In this document: positions 30,912-32,000 of the stretch, piece after piece | How positions within the stretch are numbered: position 1 is the first letter of the stretch | Layout: each line of letters opens with the position of its first letter | Assembly (NCBI GenBank): GCA_963704755.1 | Contig: OY969938.1 | Location: 4,050,001 to 4,082,000, forward strand | DNA length: 32,000 bases | Source of the DNA: an uncultured Chloroflexia bacterium | Lineage (GTDB): Bacteria; Chloroflexota; Anaerolineae; Anaerolineales; Anaerolineaceae | Direction: 5' to 3' | Made by a program: the position numbers and the translations under genes | The notes under the pieces: model-generated | What the model saw: only the letters and a program-made list of their open reading frames with translations | Told to the model about the DNA's origin: nothing | Database searches by the model: none

Positions 30912-31057
30912 AGATCACTTATTCCGGATAACAACCTTATATTACCCGGTGAGCCTTACCCGCCGAAAAATTTATCTCCAGCGTGTTTTTGGATTATAAG
31001 GCTAGAAAAGGGGTCGTCCAAAAAGGATCTCCCCGCATAAATGAACCTCCATATATG

Positions 31058-31098
31058 GCGTCGGGGCAGGTCATTCGACCTGCCCCGACGGTTCGTTT
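31058..31098. terminator. Hairpin terminator between the convergent LCP and DUF4367-like genes
   Basis: CGTCGGGGCAGGTC (31058-31071), ATTC, GACCTGCCCCGACG (31076-31089), then GTTCGTTTT. Confidence 0.7.
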
Positions 31099-31163
31099 TG
31101 GGAATAGGATCCCTTTTGAGACAACCCCTTGGGTAAATGATTTAAAGGTGAATACTGCGGGGG

Positions 31164-31661
31164 TTAGCGGATTTCTTGCATGCTTTCAGCGATGGCGAAG
31201 AACGCTTCTTTTTCCAACTCCCCGGGCTGGTAGAGGTTAAGGCCGTAACCGATGCCATTCTCGTCCCAATACAGTTCCTGGCGGCAGTCGGTACCTCCCG
31301 TCACAGCGTCCCAGCACATCTTGCGATATACACCGGTCTGGCCGTTGACCGTGACATATTCGAAGCCACCCCAGGCATACACTTCGTCCAGGCTGCGCAG
31401 TGCGCCGCTTACCTGGCTGAAGACGAAGTTGTAGTCGATGCCACCGCGTACAGGTTTTCCTACTGGAGTGTATATCAGTGCGACCGCTTCGGCCGGGTTG
31501 CCCGGTTCCCCAGCGGCGCGGTCCATTTGGACGGCGCCTTGCTGGTACACGGCGTGCTCAAACTGGCTCCCGACTATCATTTGGGTAGGCGCTTTCAAGC
31601 TGAAGCCTGCCAGGGTGCTGGCGTCTTCCAGGGTCTCGAATCTTTCGCGGGTCGATTTCAT
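31164..31661 (-). CDS. DUF4367-like domain protein (possibly the C-terminal half of a frameshifted two-domain gene)
   Basis: ...LAGFSLKAPTQ...VTVNGQTGVY...LYWDENGIGYGLNLYQPGELEKEAFFAIAESMQEI resembles the DUF4367 pattern. Confidence 0.55.
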   Translation of the reverse strand: MKSTRERFETLEDASTLAGFSLKAPTQMIVGSQFEHAVYQQGAVQMDRAAGEPGNPAEAVALIYTPVGKPVRGGIDYNFVFSQVSGALRSLDEVYAWGGFEYVTVNGQTGVYRKMCWDAVTGGTDCRQELYWDENGIGYGLNLYQPGELEKEAFFAIAESMQEIR

Positions 31662-32000
31662 CGTCCGGAAGTGTGGCTACACCGGTCAAGTTCTCGGCCA
31701 GGTGTTGCATTTCGAGGCGGCTGATAAAGACACCGCCCTGCATCTGGTCCAGCATTCCAAAGATGACGTAATCCATGCCGCCAGACTGCCAGTAAAGGGC
31801 CTGGTTGGCGCTAAGGTCCTTCTGCGGGCACAGGTTGCCGGCGTTGACCCCATTGGTGATCAGCGTGCCTTGCCCGCCATCTGCGCCGCCGACTTCCACG
31901 GTCTCAGGAACGATAGGCAGGGTGATGATTTTACCGTCGCCAATATCCACCGTGGAGATGGTGATGTCGTTCAGGTCCAGCGGTCCAGCGGCCGGACGCT
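31558..32000 (-). CDS. DUF4367-like domain protein, 5'-partial (open to the window end)
   Basis: The frame of track ORF 31558-31950 stays open upstream to position 32000 (RPAAGPLDLNDITISTVDIGDGKII...). ...ALYWQSGGMDYVIFGMLDQMQGGVFISRLEMQHLAENL parallels the C-terminus of the downstream ORF. The last ~35 codons overlap that ORF and look out-of-frame. Confidence 0.5.
   Translation of the reverse strand, partial: RPAAGPLDLNDITISTVDIGDGKIITLPIVPETVEVGGADGGQGTLITNGVNAGNLCPQKDLSANQALYWQSGGMDYVIFGMLDQMQGGVFISRLEMQHLAENLTGVATLPDDEIDPRKIRDPGRRQHPGRLQLESAYPNDSREPV

Noticed and set aside
21103-31113. Shared 11-mer AATAGGATCCC at 21164-21174 and 31103-31113
   Set aside because: An exact 11-mer match is expected by chance many times in a 32-kb, two-strand comparison. 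There is no extended similarity.

Overview
This is a 32-kb chromosomal window of moderate GC. Gene content and the style of the intergenic repeats suggest a Chloroflexota/Anaerolineae-like bacterium, but that is inference only. I support about 28 protein genes. They are: a partial 7TM+PAS sensor, an isochorismatase-family hydrolase, a lipoprotein, a tadE-tadE-tadG-like cluster (the tadG-like gene is frameshifted), an ECF sigma/anti-sigma pair, thrS, a TMEM175-like channel, an arylsulfotransferase-like lipoprotein, an AT-richer trio of polytopic GT-C/DUF2029-like membrane proteins, cfa, a signal-less PhnD-like binding protein, DUF488, EamA, DUF456, ferritin, a YbaK-like deacylase, a histidine phosphatase, rarA, TetR+SDR, an LCP protein and DUF4367-like genes. 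I found no rRNA, tRNA, CRISPR array, transposase, integrase, reverse transcriptase or recognisable defence gene. The unusual content is non-coding. (i) Three head-to-tail ~296-bp structured units (26885-27770) lie between rarA and tetR. Each opens with a perfect SD+ATG and consists of three stem-loops sharing the stem word GTTGGG/CCCAAC. This is my best candidate for something undescribed. (ii) A 1.05-kb ORF-free, repeat-dense region (22622-23675) lies between DUF456 and ferritin, with twin 160-bp units and inverted copies of one motif directly after both stop codons. (iii) A dispersed family of 20-26-bp perfect palindromes has conserved flanks. (iv) Four genes have a -10 hexamer exactly 6 nt upstream of the ATG and no SD, so they look leaderless. 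All domain and family names come from motif recognition by eye, not from searches.
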